A DNA stretch of 64,000 nt from Phaeosaccion multiseriatum. Taxonomy: Eukaryota; Protista; Ochrophyta, other classes. Location of the stretch: assembly GCA_965112735.1 (NCBI GenBank), contig OZ218952.1:1984001-2048000 (forward strand), written 5' to 3'. The translations under genes were made by a program, and so were the position numbers. Of the stretch, positions 25,823 to 39,218 are shown one piece after another; position 1 is the first letter of the stretch; each line of letters begins with the position of its first letter. The notes beneath the pieces are model-generated. The model was not told where the DNA came from, did no database searches, and saw only the letters and a list, made by a program, of their open reading frames with translations.

Positions 25823-27905
25823 ATGTCTGGAGCAGTTGTTGATGCTGATGGCGCTGCACCCGTGGAAGAAGGAGGGAAAGAGGTCGGACTCCTCTCTCTC
25901 GCAGGAAGGGAGGCTTCCGTGTCAAGAGCAGCGCAGTTCATGGCCAATGACCTGCTCCTGGCTATTCAATTCCAAAGGGAGGAGCTTAAGAGTTTTACAG
26001 ACGCGACGAGGACGAGTGCCGAAGAGGAGGAGGAGGAGGAGGAGGAGGAGGAGGAGGAGGCGCAAGCCCGCGTTTTCGCCGCTGCTGAAGCTTTGAAAGA
26101 GGAGCTTGATGCTCTTTATGGAGTTGCCTGCGATCAGCGCTACGCCGCAAACTTCTTCAGGGATGGGAGCCTTGCTGTACTGATGCAGGGGGGGCTCCTA
26201 AGGTGCGCGCAAATGATGAGGAAGAACGAATGCCCACGCTGTCCCTTCGCTCTTTGTACACTGTGGCAGGTAACTCATGCATGTGCAGTTTCTGGTGCAT
26301 TTTTTCTTGTTGGCCATTGCCACTCTTAGCCCCTTCGCTCTCGCTCGCGTCCTCTTTCTCCCCTCAGCTCTGTTTTTCCTCCCTTGGTCGTCGAACGCTT
26401 GCTTCTCACAGGCAACAGTCCGCAGAGGCTGCTGATCACATGCTCGCAAGGAGGCTTGCGGGCGAGGAGGAAGCGCCGCAAACGCATCAGCGCCAGGATG
26501 ACGAGCAGCTGCTGCTGCTACCTCCACATGTCGCCGCCACAATCCTTGGCGACGACACGAACGAAGAAGGAGTGCACGGTGGCGACCTGCGGGCCTTGGC
26601 CTTCGACGGTGGACATATGGGAAGAATGCTCTATGGCTGCAGCACCCTCGCAGCAGTGGAGGAGGAGGAGGAGGAGGAGGAGGAGGAGGAGAAGGAGGAC
26701 TCTGACGAAGGCGTGGAGGAAAGCAAAGGTGGAGAAGACCAGAATGCTTCAGCAGAAGGAGGACAGGCATTGCAACTTCCCTGCATCGGCACATGCAACG
26801 TCTGCTTCAAAGAAGGTCGGCCCGGTTTTGAGCTTGCGTGTGATCACAATCTGTGCCGTGAGTGCATGACTAAGCTCCTTGAGACAGCCTCTACGGACGT
26901 CTCTCTGCTGCCCGTGCGGTGCTGCCGTCTTCCTATGGACACTTCCTGCGTCTCGCACCTGCTCCACGGCGACGTCCTCGCGCGCTTTCTGCGTCTTTCG
27001 GCAGAGGCCGAGGCCACTCGAAAGATGTGGTGCCCTGACCCAAGGTGGGTAGTAGAGATGTTGATGGATGGGTAGATTGCTTCTTCTTGTGTTACAAAGC
27101 CTCCTGCTGTAGTCTTTCTCTCTGACCTCCGCTTACTACGGCTTGCGCGCCCCTCCTCGCTTCCCTGTCGTGCCTTCTTGTTGGCCATTGATGCTCATAT
27201 AGGTGTGGGGAGTTCATCAACCTGGACATGTTTGATGCCTTCGATATGACCAACAACGACAACAGCAACGACCCCTTCACGCTGTGCCCGTCATGCGCAA
27301 GACAACTCTGCACAGCTTGCAAGGGGGATGGGCATGAAGGCACATCCTGCGAGGAAGCGGCAGCGGTGGCGGCGGCGGGAGCAGCAGCTGGTGATGCAGG
27401 AGCAGCAGCAAGGGACGACGCCCTCGTCGTCACCCTTGCTACTCAGAAGGGATGGAGGGCGTGTGCCAACTGTCACTCTATGGTGGAGCTGGGGCACGGC
27501 TGCAACCACATGACCTGCCTGTGTCGCCACGAGTTCTGCTACGAGTGCGGCGAGACGTGGAAAAGCTGTGCCTGCCCCACTTGGAACGAGGGCCGCCTCC
27601 TCCAACAGGCGGAGAGGGAACAACAAGAAGAGGCCGTCATGGCACAGCAGCGGAGGAGGCACCAACAACAGGCGCCACCACCACGACAAGCACCGGAGCA
27701 ACGTGCTGCTGCAGTCCAACGCCGTGTGGCGGAGCTACGGCTGCACGATGAGTGTGGACACGCCGTCTGGGCAAAGCGCAATTTTCCGGTGGTGGCAAAT
27801 TGTCAGAATTGCGGGTACCGTCTGTGGCATTATTGCTACGTCTGCCGAAGTGGGTGTGGCTGGGCTGTATGTTCAACGTGCCGCTTCTACAGGCTCCGAG
27901 CATAA
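25823..27905 (+). CDS. RBR (RING1-IBR-RING2) E3 ubiquitin ligase with an extra C-terminal Cys-rich domain
   Basis: Exons ~25823-26269, 26419-27044, 27203-27905. CNVC...CDHNLCREC...PVRCC (RING1); WCPDPRC...CPSC...CTAC...HEG.SC (IBR); CANC...GCNHMTCLCRHEFCYECG (RING2 with catalytic Cys). Confidence 0.92.
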
Positions 27906-28757
27906 GGAAGCAAGCAAGCCGAGCGACTCTTAACACGAGCCGGTGCGATGACCCGATCGAGGAAGGGAGGGAGGCGAGAGGCGCTCGCTCGGCCGCTCGC
28001 TCAGCGGAGGAAGGGATGGCAGTGGAAGGGGTGTGCTTCGCGCGTCGACACCGGAAACAGAGTCAGTCAGTCGTATAGTCAGTCAGTCAGTCAGTCAGTC
28101 AGTCAGTCAGGTGAAGCAAGAAAGGCAGCGCTGGCTGCGTGCGAGGGCATGTCGTCCTAAGGGGTGGATGGTCAGACACACTCGGTCGTAGCTCGACGAG
28201 AGGAAGAGAGGGAGGAGGAGGTCGGCAGCGAGGAGGAGGGTCGCGGGGGGGCGATCCAAGACTTGAAAGGAGGTGGCGAGCGGCAGGGAGAGTGAGGTAG
28301 CTGGAGGAGAGGAGCAGGGTCCGCTCAGTTTTCAGTTCTCAGTTTCCAGGTTATGGGATCGATGTCGAAGCTTCTGCGCCTACGTCCAAGGAGCAGGGGT
28401 CCACTCGGGTGGGAAGGTCGAGAAGTATTGTAAGCTTTAGAGGAAAGGGGTTTATTTCTTTGTATTTCACTATCCATATATATATACTGCGTAGTATAAT
28501 CTTAATTACATGCCGAATACGTATGTATGTACACAATCGCTCACTTGCTTCGCCCGACACAGTATCTAGGCTCAGTACGCACCCACCCACTTCCGGTGAC
28601 TCTCTTTGTAAAGCCCGCCAATCCCTTCTACACTTCGACCTCTCCCTTCCTCCTTTCATGCTTTCCGCACTGCCACCGCCAATGCCACAAGCACTTGCTG
28701 CTTTCTCCGTCCAGTCCTGCACGAAGATACTGAAACTCAAACTCAACCTGAAACAGT

Positions 28758-30284
28758 TCAGTCCTCCTCCTGCAAGCCTTCAGAGGCGTGTCGGAAGAGC
28801 TGCCACAGGTTGAGCAGGAGGGCCTCCGCAGGCCACAGCTTGTCCACTGCCACGCCGCCCTACAACAGGTACAAGGGCACAAACAACACGTACAGCAGGC
28901 CCAATGCCGCCAGTACAGCAGTTGGTAATACAGCAGCAGGAGCAATACACGGTCAATGTCGCATGCCAGTACAGAGTTGGTGGTACAAATCCATGGTCAA
29001 TGTCGCAGCAGTTGCGTGGCGTGGGGGTGTATCTAGATGTGCTTGGGTTGGCCTACACACACACACACACACCTGAACGCAGAGATGCACCACGTCCCTC
29101 CTCAGCAGATCCAGGCCTGTGTCAAAGGCGTCGGGGGTGTTGTTCACCTTTTGCAATTGGCCTGTCGGAGGCGGAGGGGGAGGGAGGGGAGGAGGGGGGG
29201 GGAGGGGGGAGGAGAGGAGAGGAGGGGAGAGGGGAGAGGAGAGAGGAGAGGAGGGGAGAGGAGAGAGGGGGGGGGGGGGGGGGAGAGGAAGGGAGAGGAG
29301 AGAGGGGGGGGGGGGGAGGAAGGGAGAGGAGAGAAGGAGAGGAGCAACGGGAAAGGCGTGTCAAATAGGTATCAGGGGGAAGTTGAAACTTCACGAGATA
29401 GAGAGAGAGAGAGAGAAGCCCGAAGCATGTCGATCGGCGAGGTGAGTGACAGCGAACGCAGTACAGGCGGCCTGGGGCAAGCAACAAGAGAGAGAGAGAG
29501 CGATGTACAAGGCCGTCATAGGGCCTAAGCCTGCCTCTGCCTGCACCTCCTTTCCTCTTGTCTGCCGCTCCTCCTTTCCTCTTGTCTGCCGCTCCTCGGA
29601 CCTTCGTTGCGCACTCGGACTTGTAGCACCAACGTGCCTGCCCCCCCCCCACCGCCCCCCTCCCTCTCAAAGCTGCATGTTGGTCATCCAATTGTGAACC
29701 TTCTCCTCTCTTCCTACCTGTGACTCCCGCCTCTGTGACCTTGGACAGCGGTGCCAGGGGATACACGCCGGCCGCTCCCCTCTCGTCATCGCTACTCCAC
29801 GCACACACACACGCACACACACACGCACACACACAGTGCTCGATGAGGTTAGAGGTTAGCAGCAGCAGCAGTAGCAGCAGCAGTTGGTGATACAGCAGCA
29901 CATGACTAACAGATCAAACACCTGCCTCTCGCAAAGGGGCTTGGCGACGCGCAAGAGGGGAGTGCAAAGAAGACACACACACATGAGAAGGAAGGAGCTT
30001 GTCTCTCCACTGTCAACTGTCCATTGGTCATGCTCCTAGAGAGAGAGAGAGAGACAACTCCGCCCTCCATCCATCCTGCCTTTCTTTGTAAGCTGTACAA
30101 GCCCACCCACACCACGCACCCGACCACCCGACCACCCAACCACCCAACCACCCACCCAACCACACCACGCACCCGACCGCCCAACCACCCAACCACCCAA
30201 CCAACCAACCAACAAACCAACCAACCAACCAACCAATCAATCAACCAACCAACCAACCCACCAACCAACCACCCAACCACCCAA

Positions 30285-30317
<33 letters not shown>

Positions 30318-33300
30318 CCCCACCACCCAACCACCCACGACATAATCTTACGGCACCCAAACACACTCACTTGACGGCGATTGTCGCATACGTGTAGGCG
30401 GCGCTGGGGGAGATCGGATGCGGAAGGGCCACCTGACGGAGGGGCAACAGTTGGTAACACAGCAGCATCAGAGTAGCCATCGCACCCAAAGGAGGTAGCT
30501 GTGAGCGGCGAGAAAAACAGCGGTCGGAGCAGCAGCAAGCTATGCCTGGGGACGAACCCATCTTCCCCGTCGCTCCCCTCTCTCCCCTCCTCTCCCTTCT
30601 CCTCTGTCCCTACCCGTCCTTCCATCCCTCCCTTTCTCCCTCCCTCCCTCCCTCCCTCCCCTCCTTCCCTCCTATACCACGCCCACTCACACAGCCCCAC
30701 CTGCCTCACCTGCAAGTAAAGCGCCACTTGCTTGATAAGCTTGGCCACGAGCACGAGAGCGGCCATCAGCACATCCACAGGCACCATCGCATAGTCACCG
30801 TTGTTGGGCATCGGGAGGCCCATTATGGTGCTGATGCCAGTCACAGTCACAGAGGCTGAAGAAGAAGAAGGAGAAGAAGAGAAAGATGGTGATGACGAGG
30901 AGGAGGAGGAGGAGGAGGATTTGGAGCTTTCCTTGGTGCTGCTTTTTCTGCTGCTTGTTGTGGTGGCACCCCCCTTGGAAGCTTTCTGCTGCTGTGGGGC
31001 TGCGGGGAGCGACACTTCAATGGGGATGAGCACGAAGAGCTGCACGATCTTCCGCCAGCGGAGCTTGGACAGCACCTGAGGAATTGGAGAGGGAAGAAAG
31101 GGAGGGGAAGGAGGGAGGGAGGGAAGGGAAGGAAGGAAAGAGGTAAGGAAGAAAGGGGGGGGGGAGGAAGGAAGGAAGGAAGGAGAGAAGGAACGAAAGA
31201 AAGAAAGAAAGAATGAATGAATGAATGAAGGAAAGAAAGAAACAAACAAAGAAAAGAAACAAAAAAAGAAAGAAAGAACGAAAGAACAAACGAAAGAAAG
31301 TATGGGGAGTGAGCGCAGTGCATACACGGGGGGGGGGGGGGGGGGGCAGTCCATCAGAGGTGGAGGAAGTCACTCTCAGTTGGGCGATCCATGTCCCACC
31401 CCCGCCCTGATGTAAACCCCCCCTCCTCCCTCACTCCCCCACCCCCCGTTCCCTTTCCACCTCCTTCCCTCCCTCCCCTCCCCTCCCCTCCCCTCCCCTC
31501 CCCTCCCCTCCCCTCCCCTCCCCTCCCCTCCCCTCTCCTCTCCTCCCCTCCCCTCCCCTCCCCTCCCCTCCCCTCCCCGCCTTGCCCCCATCTCACCCGT
31601 GCGCTCTCCGCTAGATGCCAAGTGAGCCCACCGTCCAGCGTCTCCTGTAACGCCTGCACCTGTCCCAGCCTTGTCTGCACGGCCTTGCATGCCTCCTGCA
31701 CGCACTCCTCGCGGCGACTCAGCTCAAAGGCGCCGGACATTACCGAGATACGCTTCTCGCTAAGTAAGTTCCACAGGAAAGAGTGCACGAGTTGGTGATG
31801 CAGGACGAGCACAGCAAGAGCACAGCAAGAGCAAGAATATGAGATGCTAGGGACAGACGGACGTAAATGAGCATACGTTAGCATCTGTAGTGAAGACGTA
31901 AGCATAGACCTATTGGAGTACAGCTTGTCAGGACGGAGGAGCGGAGGAGGGTACAAGCAGGGAAAAGCCCAAACCCCTGCCACGGCCACGGGGAGAGTGA
32001 GTTGGGCATATCTCAGGCGTTACACATCCACCACCGTCCATCCACCCACGCACCCACCCACGCACCCACCCACACATCCACATCCCCACCCACACACACA
32101 CACACACCCACTCACCCACCCACGCACCCACCCACACATCCACATCCCCACCCACACACACACACACCCACCCACTCACCCACCCACGCACCCACCCACA
32201 CATCCACATCCCCACCCACACACACACACCCACCCACCCACCCACGCAAACGCACGCCCTCGGCTGCTGACCTGATGCGCTGGCTAAGGTCGAGGATGGT
32301 GTCTCCGAGGGCGGAGTTGCGCACCGAGAGAGCGCGCAGGCCAGCGGCCAACTGGAGCTGAGGTGTGAGGTTGGGGGCCGAGGGGATGGCAGTGGATGGG
32401 GGGGGGGGGTGGGGTGGTAGGACAACGAGCAATAGCGAAGCGAGGCCCCGATGCAGCCGTAAGGTAAGAGGGGTGGCGTGGAGTCAGTGATGGAAAAAAG
32501 CATCAGCAGCACAGCAAAGAGGCAGTGCGCGCACACACACACGAGGCCTCACAGTCAGTCAAAAGAAGCAGCGATGATTACAAACACACAACACACGTTT
32601 GTTTGCCTTCTCTGTGGTGTGCTTATTACAAACACACAACACACGTTTGTTTGTTGCCTTCTCTGTGGTGTGCTGAAGGCTTGTTTGTCGAGCTCAGAAA
32701 ATGGATGACACTTTTGCTTCGTCCCCAGAGGCGGAGAGAATGCTATCCAGCCTTTCCCTGCCGACGGATCAATACAAAAGGTTTTCGATCACTGCTCGTA
32801 AGCTTAAGTCCCCTCATCCCCAGCCCCTCCCCAGCCCCTCCCCCGGCCTCACAATCGCAGACAGTTCGCGCCTATAGCAGTGCGGTATCGCATGGGAGTG
32901 CCTGCGTGATTGCTTGCGTACACGTGCCAATCTGAAGGCCATCGAGGGAGGGAGAGAAGGGTCCTCCCCAGCAGCAGCAGCAGCACACGCCACACACCCA
33001 CATAAACGGGCTCAATGAATGGAATCACTTACCTCCTTCTCGTGCGCCGTCAGCGCGGCTTTGCTCTTGCGCCTCGCCTCCTCCAGCTCCGCTGCGCAGC
33101 GGTGCCAAGACATGCGAGCCACGCCTGAAGAGAGGAGCACACAGCCAAACAATCAACCAGCCCCAGCGCATAGATGGAGTGGAGTGCACGGAGGGACGGG
33201 CAAGGCAAGGCAAGTGGTCACACACACAATCAGTATGAATCCGACTGTCCCCTGTTCCACTTGTTCCACAAGTACACATACACGATGCTGCACGGTCCGC

Positions 33301-33578
33301 CTCGTACCATCAGCAGCCGTCAAGCAGCCGTCGGGCGCATCGCTGACACTCTCTCTGGGGACGGAAATGCATCGCCCGGTGCAAGGAAATCACTCTTACT
33401 CACCCGCATGCTGGAACACACACCCAGGGCACACGGCCTCGCCCACCCTCGTGCGGCACGACAAGCAGGTCCAGGAGCCACTCGAGCGCCTATTGGCCTT
33501 GCTATGGCTCCTGAGTTGGCCCCCCTTGAGAATCTGCTGCTGGGCGGGGGGCGGGGACCGAGGGGGGGTCGTGGGCAT
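28758..33578 (-). CDS. ATG14/UVRAG-like class III PI3K complex subunit (multi-exon)
   Basis: N-terminal CLSC...CPGC, coiled-coil exons, IMGLPMP...[43 protein letters not shown] and final exon [20 protein letters not shown]...EED*. Start and some boundaries approximate. Confidence 0.75.
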
Positions 33579-33805
33579 GGCTACAATAGGGCCTCTGATG
33601 GACGCAGGCCGCTCCTCATCATGGCGGGACCCGTCCTTGAGCTCACATGCAGAGAGAAGAGAGACGATAGGAGGTTGGAGGGAAGGACCCACGAAGTGTC
33701 AGCGCGGAAACCTTTCTCATTTTTCCCTCTCTCTTTTCCCTCCCTGTTGATTATCCTCTCTTTCTCTCTCTCCTCTCTCTCCTCTCTTTGTCTTGCTGCA
33801 GCGCA

Positions 33806-34634
33806 ATGACGCGGAAGAGGCTACTCGTTGGTCTGTTTTGTGCGTGCAATGGAGTTGCGCTCACTCAGGGCTTCCAATTCCTTCCACCAGCGACGCTGCG
33901 ACGAGGAGGATCGGCAGCACAGCACCACCATCAACAGCAGCAGCAGCAGCAGCGGCAGCGGCAACCAATAGGCAGAGAGGAATGGCAGGGGGTTGCGACA
34001 AGGAGGAGAGGGTCAGGAGGGTCGCCGCTGGGCATGGTGGACGTGAATGTGGCGTCGAGTGTCGCTCTCGCGGCAGACCAGGCAGTGTCGGCGTGGAGCG
34101 TGACGAGCTCCTCCTCGGACATCGCCTCCTCTCTGTTTGAGGGGAGCCTGTTCCCATACTTGGCTTTCCTGTTTTTCCTCAAGAAAGACGCCACAGGGGC
34201 TCCCAAGGGCGCCTTCTTCGGCTTTGCATTCCTCCTGGCCTTTGTTGGCGCGTCAATTCCTGCCGGGGTCTATGGTGAGCGAGCGAGCGAGAGAGAGAGA
34301 GAGAGAAAGAGGAGGAGGAGGAGGAGAAGGAGAAGTATTTATCTGACACGCTCGCTGCTGCTGATTCTTCTCCTACCCTGTATGTGCCCAGGGCTCTCCT
34401 TGTAATTGACGCATCCTCCTTCTACGGCCTTGCTCATCTTCCTCCCCCTCTTGCGTCTCCTGGCTCACCCTTCTCAACAGCGAAATTGGAATATGGGGAG
34501 ATCTTGGCCAATATCGACTGGCTGCATGGGTGTGCGGAGGCCCTGCTGACGGTGACCAACATACTCATTGGTGAGTAGGGACGAGGAGGAGGTGAACTCT
34601 AACCGCTCTCATCAGGCTACCATACCTTGCCAGG

Positions 34635-34683
<49 letters not shown>

Positions 34684-36090
34684 GACCCACCTCGCCCAAC
34701 CCCTTTGCAGCCGTCTTGGCAAAGTCAAAAGGATGGACAGACCAAGAATGGCGTAGTGCGTTGCTCTCTGCCGGTCGCGCAGCAGGGCTGGCACCTCTCA
34801 CCATCCCAACTCGCCGCCCAACGGCATGCACTGTTCTGTTGCGCTCTGCCCTCCTCTCCCTCCTCCTCTCCCTCCTCCTGCCCCCTCTCCCAACAAACAA
34901 AACACACAGTCAAGGCTTTCCGAACGGCAGTAGTGAGCCCCGGGGCAGGGACGGACGGACAGCAGCGAGACCTCGTGTTGGAGAGCAGCGGCTGGGCCAC
35001 TCTCCTGGCGGGGGGCCTCACCCTCGCCATGGGCGCTGTGGATGGCGGCTCATCGCTGCTCGGGTTTGCTATGCACGCCGAGCCCGCCAATGCGCTAAGC
35101 TTCCCCACATGGTTGGTGCACTCCAGTAGCCTGCTGGAGTGGCTGGCGGCCATGGTGTATGTGTGGCGCTACGCGGAGGTGTCGGGCGTGAAGCAGTGGA
35201 AAGGCCTCACGCTGGCCATGATCCCTTTGCACACGAGTGGCCTGGTGAGTAGTGTGGTAGGGTATTGGGGCAATAGGGGAGTTGTGCGTTGTGCGTTGGC
35301 GCTTTTTCATTTATAGATGCAGGCCCTCACACCTTCCGTCCTCCCTTACTTCCTTGCTTGCCTACCTTGCTTGCCTACCTTTCTTCCTTCCGTCCTTCCT
35401 TCCGTCCTTGCTTCTTTCCTTCCTTCCGTTCTTCCTTGCTTCCCTCCCTCCCTTCCTTCCCTCCATTCCCTTCCTTCTTTCCTCCCTCCCTCTCCTTCCC
35501 CTCCCTCATGTTATGCATGGGTGATGATTTACAAACCGCACGGTCAAACAACCTACCACGAACGAACGCACGAACGAGCCCAGTGCGCGTGCACCTTCCA
35601 CATCTTCTACAACAGCCCCGACGTGGTTGCTCTCGTGGCCCTCCAAGCGGGTCTCACGGTCTTTGGTAACTCATGCCTCGCCTTCGCCACATACCGCATC
35701 TTCCAGGAGGGGCAGCGAAGGCAAGCGCAGGCATACACAGCCGCCGCAGCAGGTGGTGGTACAGCAGCAGCAGCAGCGAAGAGAGGAGGAGGAAAGCGCG
35801 CTCCACCAAAAGCAGCAGCAGCAACAGAAGCAGCAGCAGAGCAGCAGCAGCAGCGGCTGGCGAGCGGAGGACAACAAATGTCTGATGCAGCCTTCTACGG
35901 CCGCATCTTGGCCGGCACGGTGGGCCTTGCCGTTGTCGCCAAGTGGGGGGAGCTTTTTGTGGACTTTCCCTTTGAGCCCACCTACGGCGCCGCCCTTCTT
36001 CTCGTGTTGGGCCCCACCGTCGCCAATGCGCTAAAGTGGGCCGCGCGGTCCAAACAAGATGCGCCGCTGCCTGCAGATGAGTGGATTTAA
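33806..36090 (+). CDS. Plastid-targeted Ycf49-like membrane protein (DUF3593 + DUF2499)
   Basis: Signal peptide then GF (bipartite leader); SLFPYLAFLFFL, LANIDWLHGCAEALLT, HAEPANALSFPTWLVHSSSLLEW, ACTFHIFYN. Confidence 0.88.
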
Positions 36091-36347
36091 GACCCACAGT
36101 CGCCAACTCATCAACCAAGGCAGAGCATTTGCGAGAGGGCTTGAGAGGCTCATTTATTTCCTCCCTTCCTTCGAAGTAATGTAACTATAACTAGGCCCTT
36201 ACTTGTACAATGTCTCTCTCTATCATCATCTATTTTCTCTGTTTGTTTGTAGACGTAAGTACGTCGCAGAGAAGGAGGGGTTGCCATTGCTCACCCCCAT
36301 CCACCCTTCCTTCCAGCAGAATGCCCCCCCCTTCGGTACGCACGCAC

Positions 36348-36396
<49 letters not shown>

Positions 36397-36432
36397 CACA
36401 CACACGCACAGCAGAGCGCATCACAGCACATC

Positions 36433-38985
36433 TCACACGGGATGGAGCTTGGTCAGCCACCCCCGCCACTCCATATCATCGCCAGCAGCGGTGGTGCCCT
36501 CCTTGTCCTTCCTTCCCCCAAAGCTTGGCGGTCCTCTGCAGCACTTTGTCGTTCCACGTGGCCACGGTGTTCTCTTCACAGCTTCCTCGTCGAGCGGAGC
36601 AACGCCACCACCACCACCACCACCACCATGACCACCACCAGCGGCAGCGGCAGCACGAGGATTCGATGGTACTACCGCAGCAACAGCTGCAGGAATGGGC
36701 TCAGCAGGGGCGGCGCCAGGGGAGTCCTCCACAGGCGACTCGGGCACCATCGACGCTCCTCAGCCCGAGCGAGAGGAGTACATACACACAAAGTACATAC
36801 ATACGTACGTACGTACATACATGCCATTGCTTGTGCCGCTCCCGCCCTCCTTCAGCGCTGCTCCGCTGTGGCGGCGTTGCCAAGAAGACAACCCCCTTCG
36901 CGCACTCGCCCACGCCCACGCCCACGCCCACGCCCACGCACACACCAACCGGAGAAAAGCTTGCGTCACACTCACACGAGGGTGTCCTGGTCCAGCAGGC
37001 TCTGCACTCTCTGCTCCAGCAGGCTCACCACGTCTGTGTGTCCCTTGAGTTTGGCGTCTTTGATGAGCTGCGCCAGCTTGCTGAGCCTCGCGTACAGGAC
37101 TTTGTCCGGGTCGAGCGCAGCTTCATTGTCCAGCAGAGAAACGCCCCCACCAGCAGCGGTAGGATGAGCATACGCTGCTTCCTCCTCCTCTTTCTCCTCC
37201 TGCTCCTGCTCCTGCTCCTCCTCCTCCTCCTCCTCCTCCGCCACTTCTCTCCTCCTCCTTTTCCTTCTCCTCTTCCTCCTTCTTCTCTCCTCCTCCTCCT
37301 CCTCCTCGTCGTCGTCGTCCTCTTCCCCCCTCCCCCCCCCCCCCTCCTCCTCCCCCTCCTCCTCCTCCTCCTCCTCCTCCTCCTCCTCTTCCGCCTCCTT
37401 GCCCTTCTCCTTGTTCCTGTCCTTGCTCTTCTGCCTCTTTTTCTTACCCTTCTTCTTCGGTCTTCGTTTCCGTTCGGCTGAAGAGCTTCCCTCGCTGGAC
37501 GTGCTATCTGCTGGCTGCGAACCGTTTCTCTTCTTCATCTTGCTCTCTCCTCTGAAACCAAGCTTTCTCTTCGCGGAAGAGCTGCCTCCAGCCGCCACTG
37601 CCTCACCACCCCCTGCCCTCCCCCCCCCCCCTCCTCCTCCTCCTCCTCCTCCTCCTCCTCCTCCTCCTCCAGCAGCTGCTACTGTCGCCCTTCCTCCTCT
37701 TCCTCTTCTTCCCGTTGGTGCTGCTACCGTGAGGGATCTTGGGGGGCGAGAGGCACGTGGCGCTTTGAAGGGCGACAGAGGAGAAGCTGCGCTGTCATGA
37801 ATGCTCCAGCCATTCCCACGCGCCGCAGGAAGGAGGAAAACCTCCTCCTTCTTGGTGCCCGGTTTATTGCCTGGGCGATTGCCCTGCAGCTGCCGAACAG
37901 ACACCCATTTGCCAATCACATTGGGAATGGGCCCACCCACCTCATCCACATGGCACACCATGCGCCCCACCTTGATGACTTTCCCCTTGAGACTCCCATC
38001 CAGCCCCCCCCCTTCTCCTTCTCCTTCTCCTCCTTCCCATCCCACAACAGGATTAAGGATGGTGGGGGGCACGGCCCCAGCTACACCGTCGGTACCTCCT
38101 CCTCCTGTCGCTCCTCCTCCCAAGACTCGTAGGGTGGCCCAGCTCTTGCCATACCCGCTCCAGCAGAGCTCCTCCTCCTGCCGTCGCATCACAAAGTCCA
38201 CAAGGTGTACGTGGAGGGCCGGCGAAGCACATCTTTTGGACCTGTGGGGGGGTGAGTCAATCGCTTTGATGACCACTCCGACCCTCCACCACGGGGTTCT
38301 CCCTGAGAGATCCCTGTAGCAGCTGGATGTGACTGAATACTGATCTGTCGCGTAAAAGAGGATCACTGTTCCGGGCTGTTCGATAGAAAGAATGCCAGGC
38401 GGGTGGTGACCAGCAGTCGGCAACGCACAGCAGCAGCAGGGGAGGGGGGGGGGGGGCGGGACACAGGATGGATCATACGTGAATGAGATGGGTGGCTGAG
38501 GGGCGGAGAAGAGGAAGCCCCAAACAGGAGCACACGAGAGAGCTTACTGGGCAGAGGCCAGAGGGGCCAGTGAGATGAGAGAGCAGGGAAAAGGATAAGA
38601 TCCAGGTGAGAGAGCAGGGAAAGGCATAAGATCCAGGGGAGAGAGCAGGGAAAGGGATAACATCCAGGTGAGAGAGCAGGGAATATACCTTCAACGCATC
38701 CCCCAGAGACACCGCAGGGGGCTGCGAGACGACTTGCAGCCCGGGCGGAAGAGGCAGATGCTCCAGCGAGCGGCAAGTACTTCTGGAAGCGGCGGTGGCT
38801 TCCCCTTTCCCATCAGCTGCTGCATGTCCATCAGGACTAGCACCACCAGCAGGAGCAGCAGGTGCCTCCGTTTTGATGACCTTTCTCATACAACGTTGTG
38901 TCATAGATTCTTCTTCATCGCTGCTACTACTGCTGCAGAGGTCGAGAATGTCCTCAGACAAGTCCTCAGACACGTCCTCAGTCAT
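36433..38985 (-). CDS. Unknown PWWP/Tudor-like protein (paralogue 2)
   Basis: ORFs 38473-38985, 36972-38423 and 36433-36750 are collinear with paralogue 1 (DLC.S...DEEE; PWWR; DSPPHRSKRCAS; PPTILNPVVG; EGSSSAERKR; SPGAAPAEPIPAA; GGVAPLD). Confidence 0.7.
38575..38682. repeat. ~31-bp intronic tandem repeat
   Basis: GAGAGAGCAGGGAAA..ATAA.ATCCAGG, about 3.5 copies. Confidence 0.85.
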
Positions 38986-39218
38986 GCCTAGGGAAGGATG
39001 GTATATTATATTGCACTTAAGCCGTGGATGGAAAAGAGATGGATAATGAGAGATGAGGAGATTTTAGTTTCAGTTTTAATTTCACACAACACCCTGGAAA
39101 AGAAATGGGTGGGGGAAATTTGAGAAATAGAGGAAACATCTCACATACGGTAAGATAGAAAGCGCACTCGCTACGCTCGCACGCGAAAAATAAGAAGAAG
39201 AAGAAGAAGAAGAAGAAG

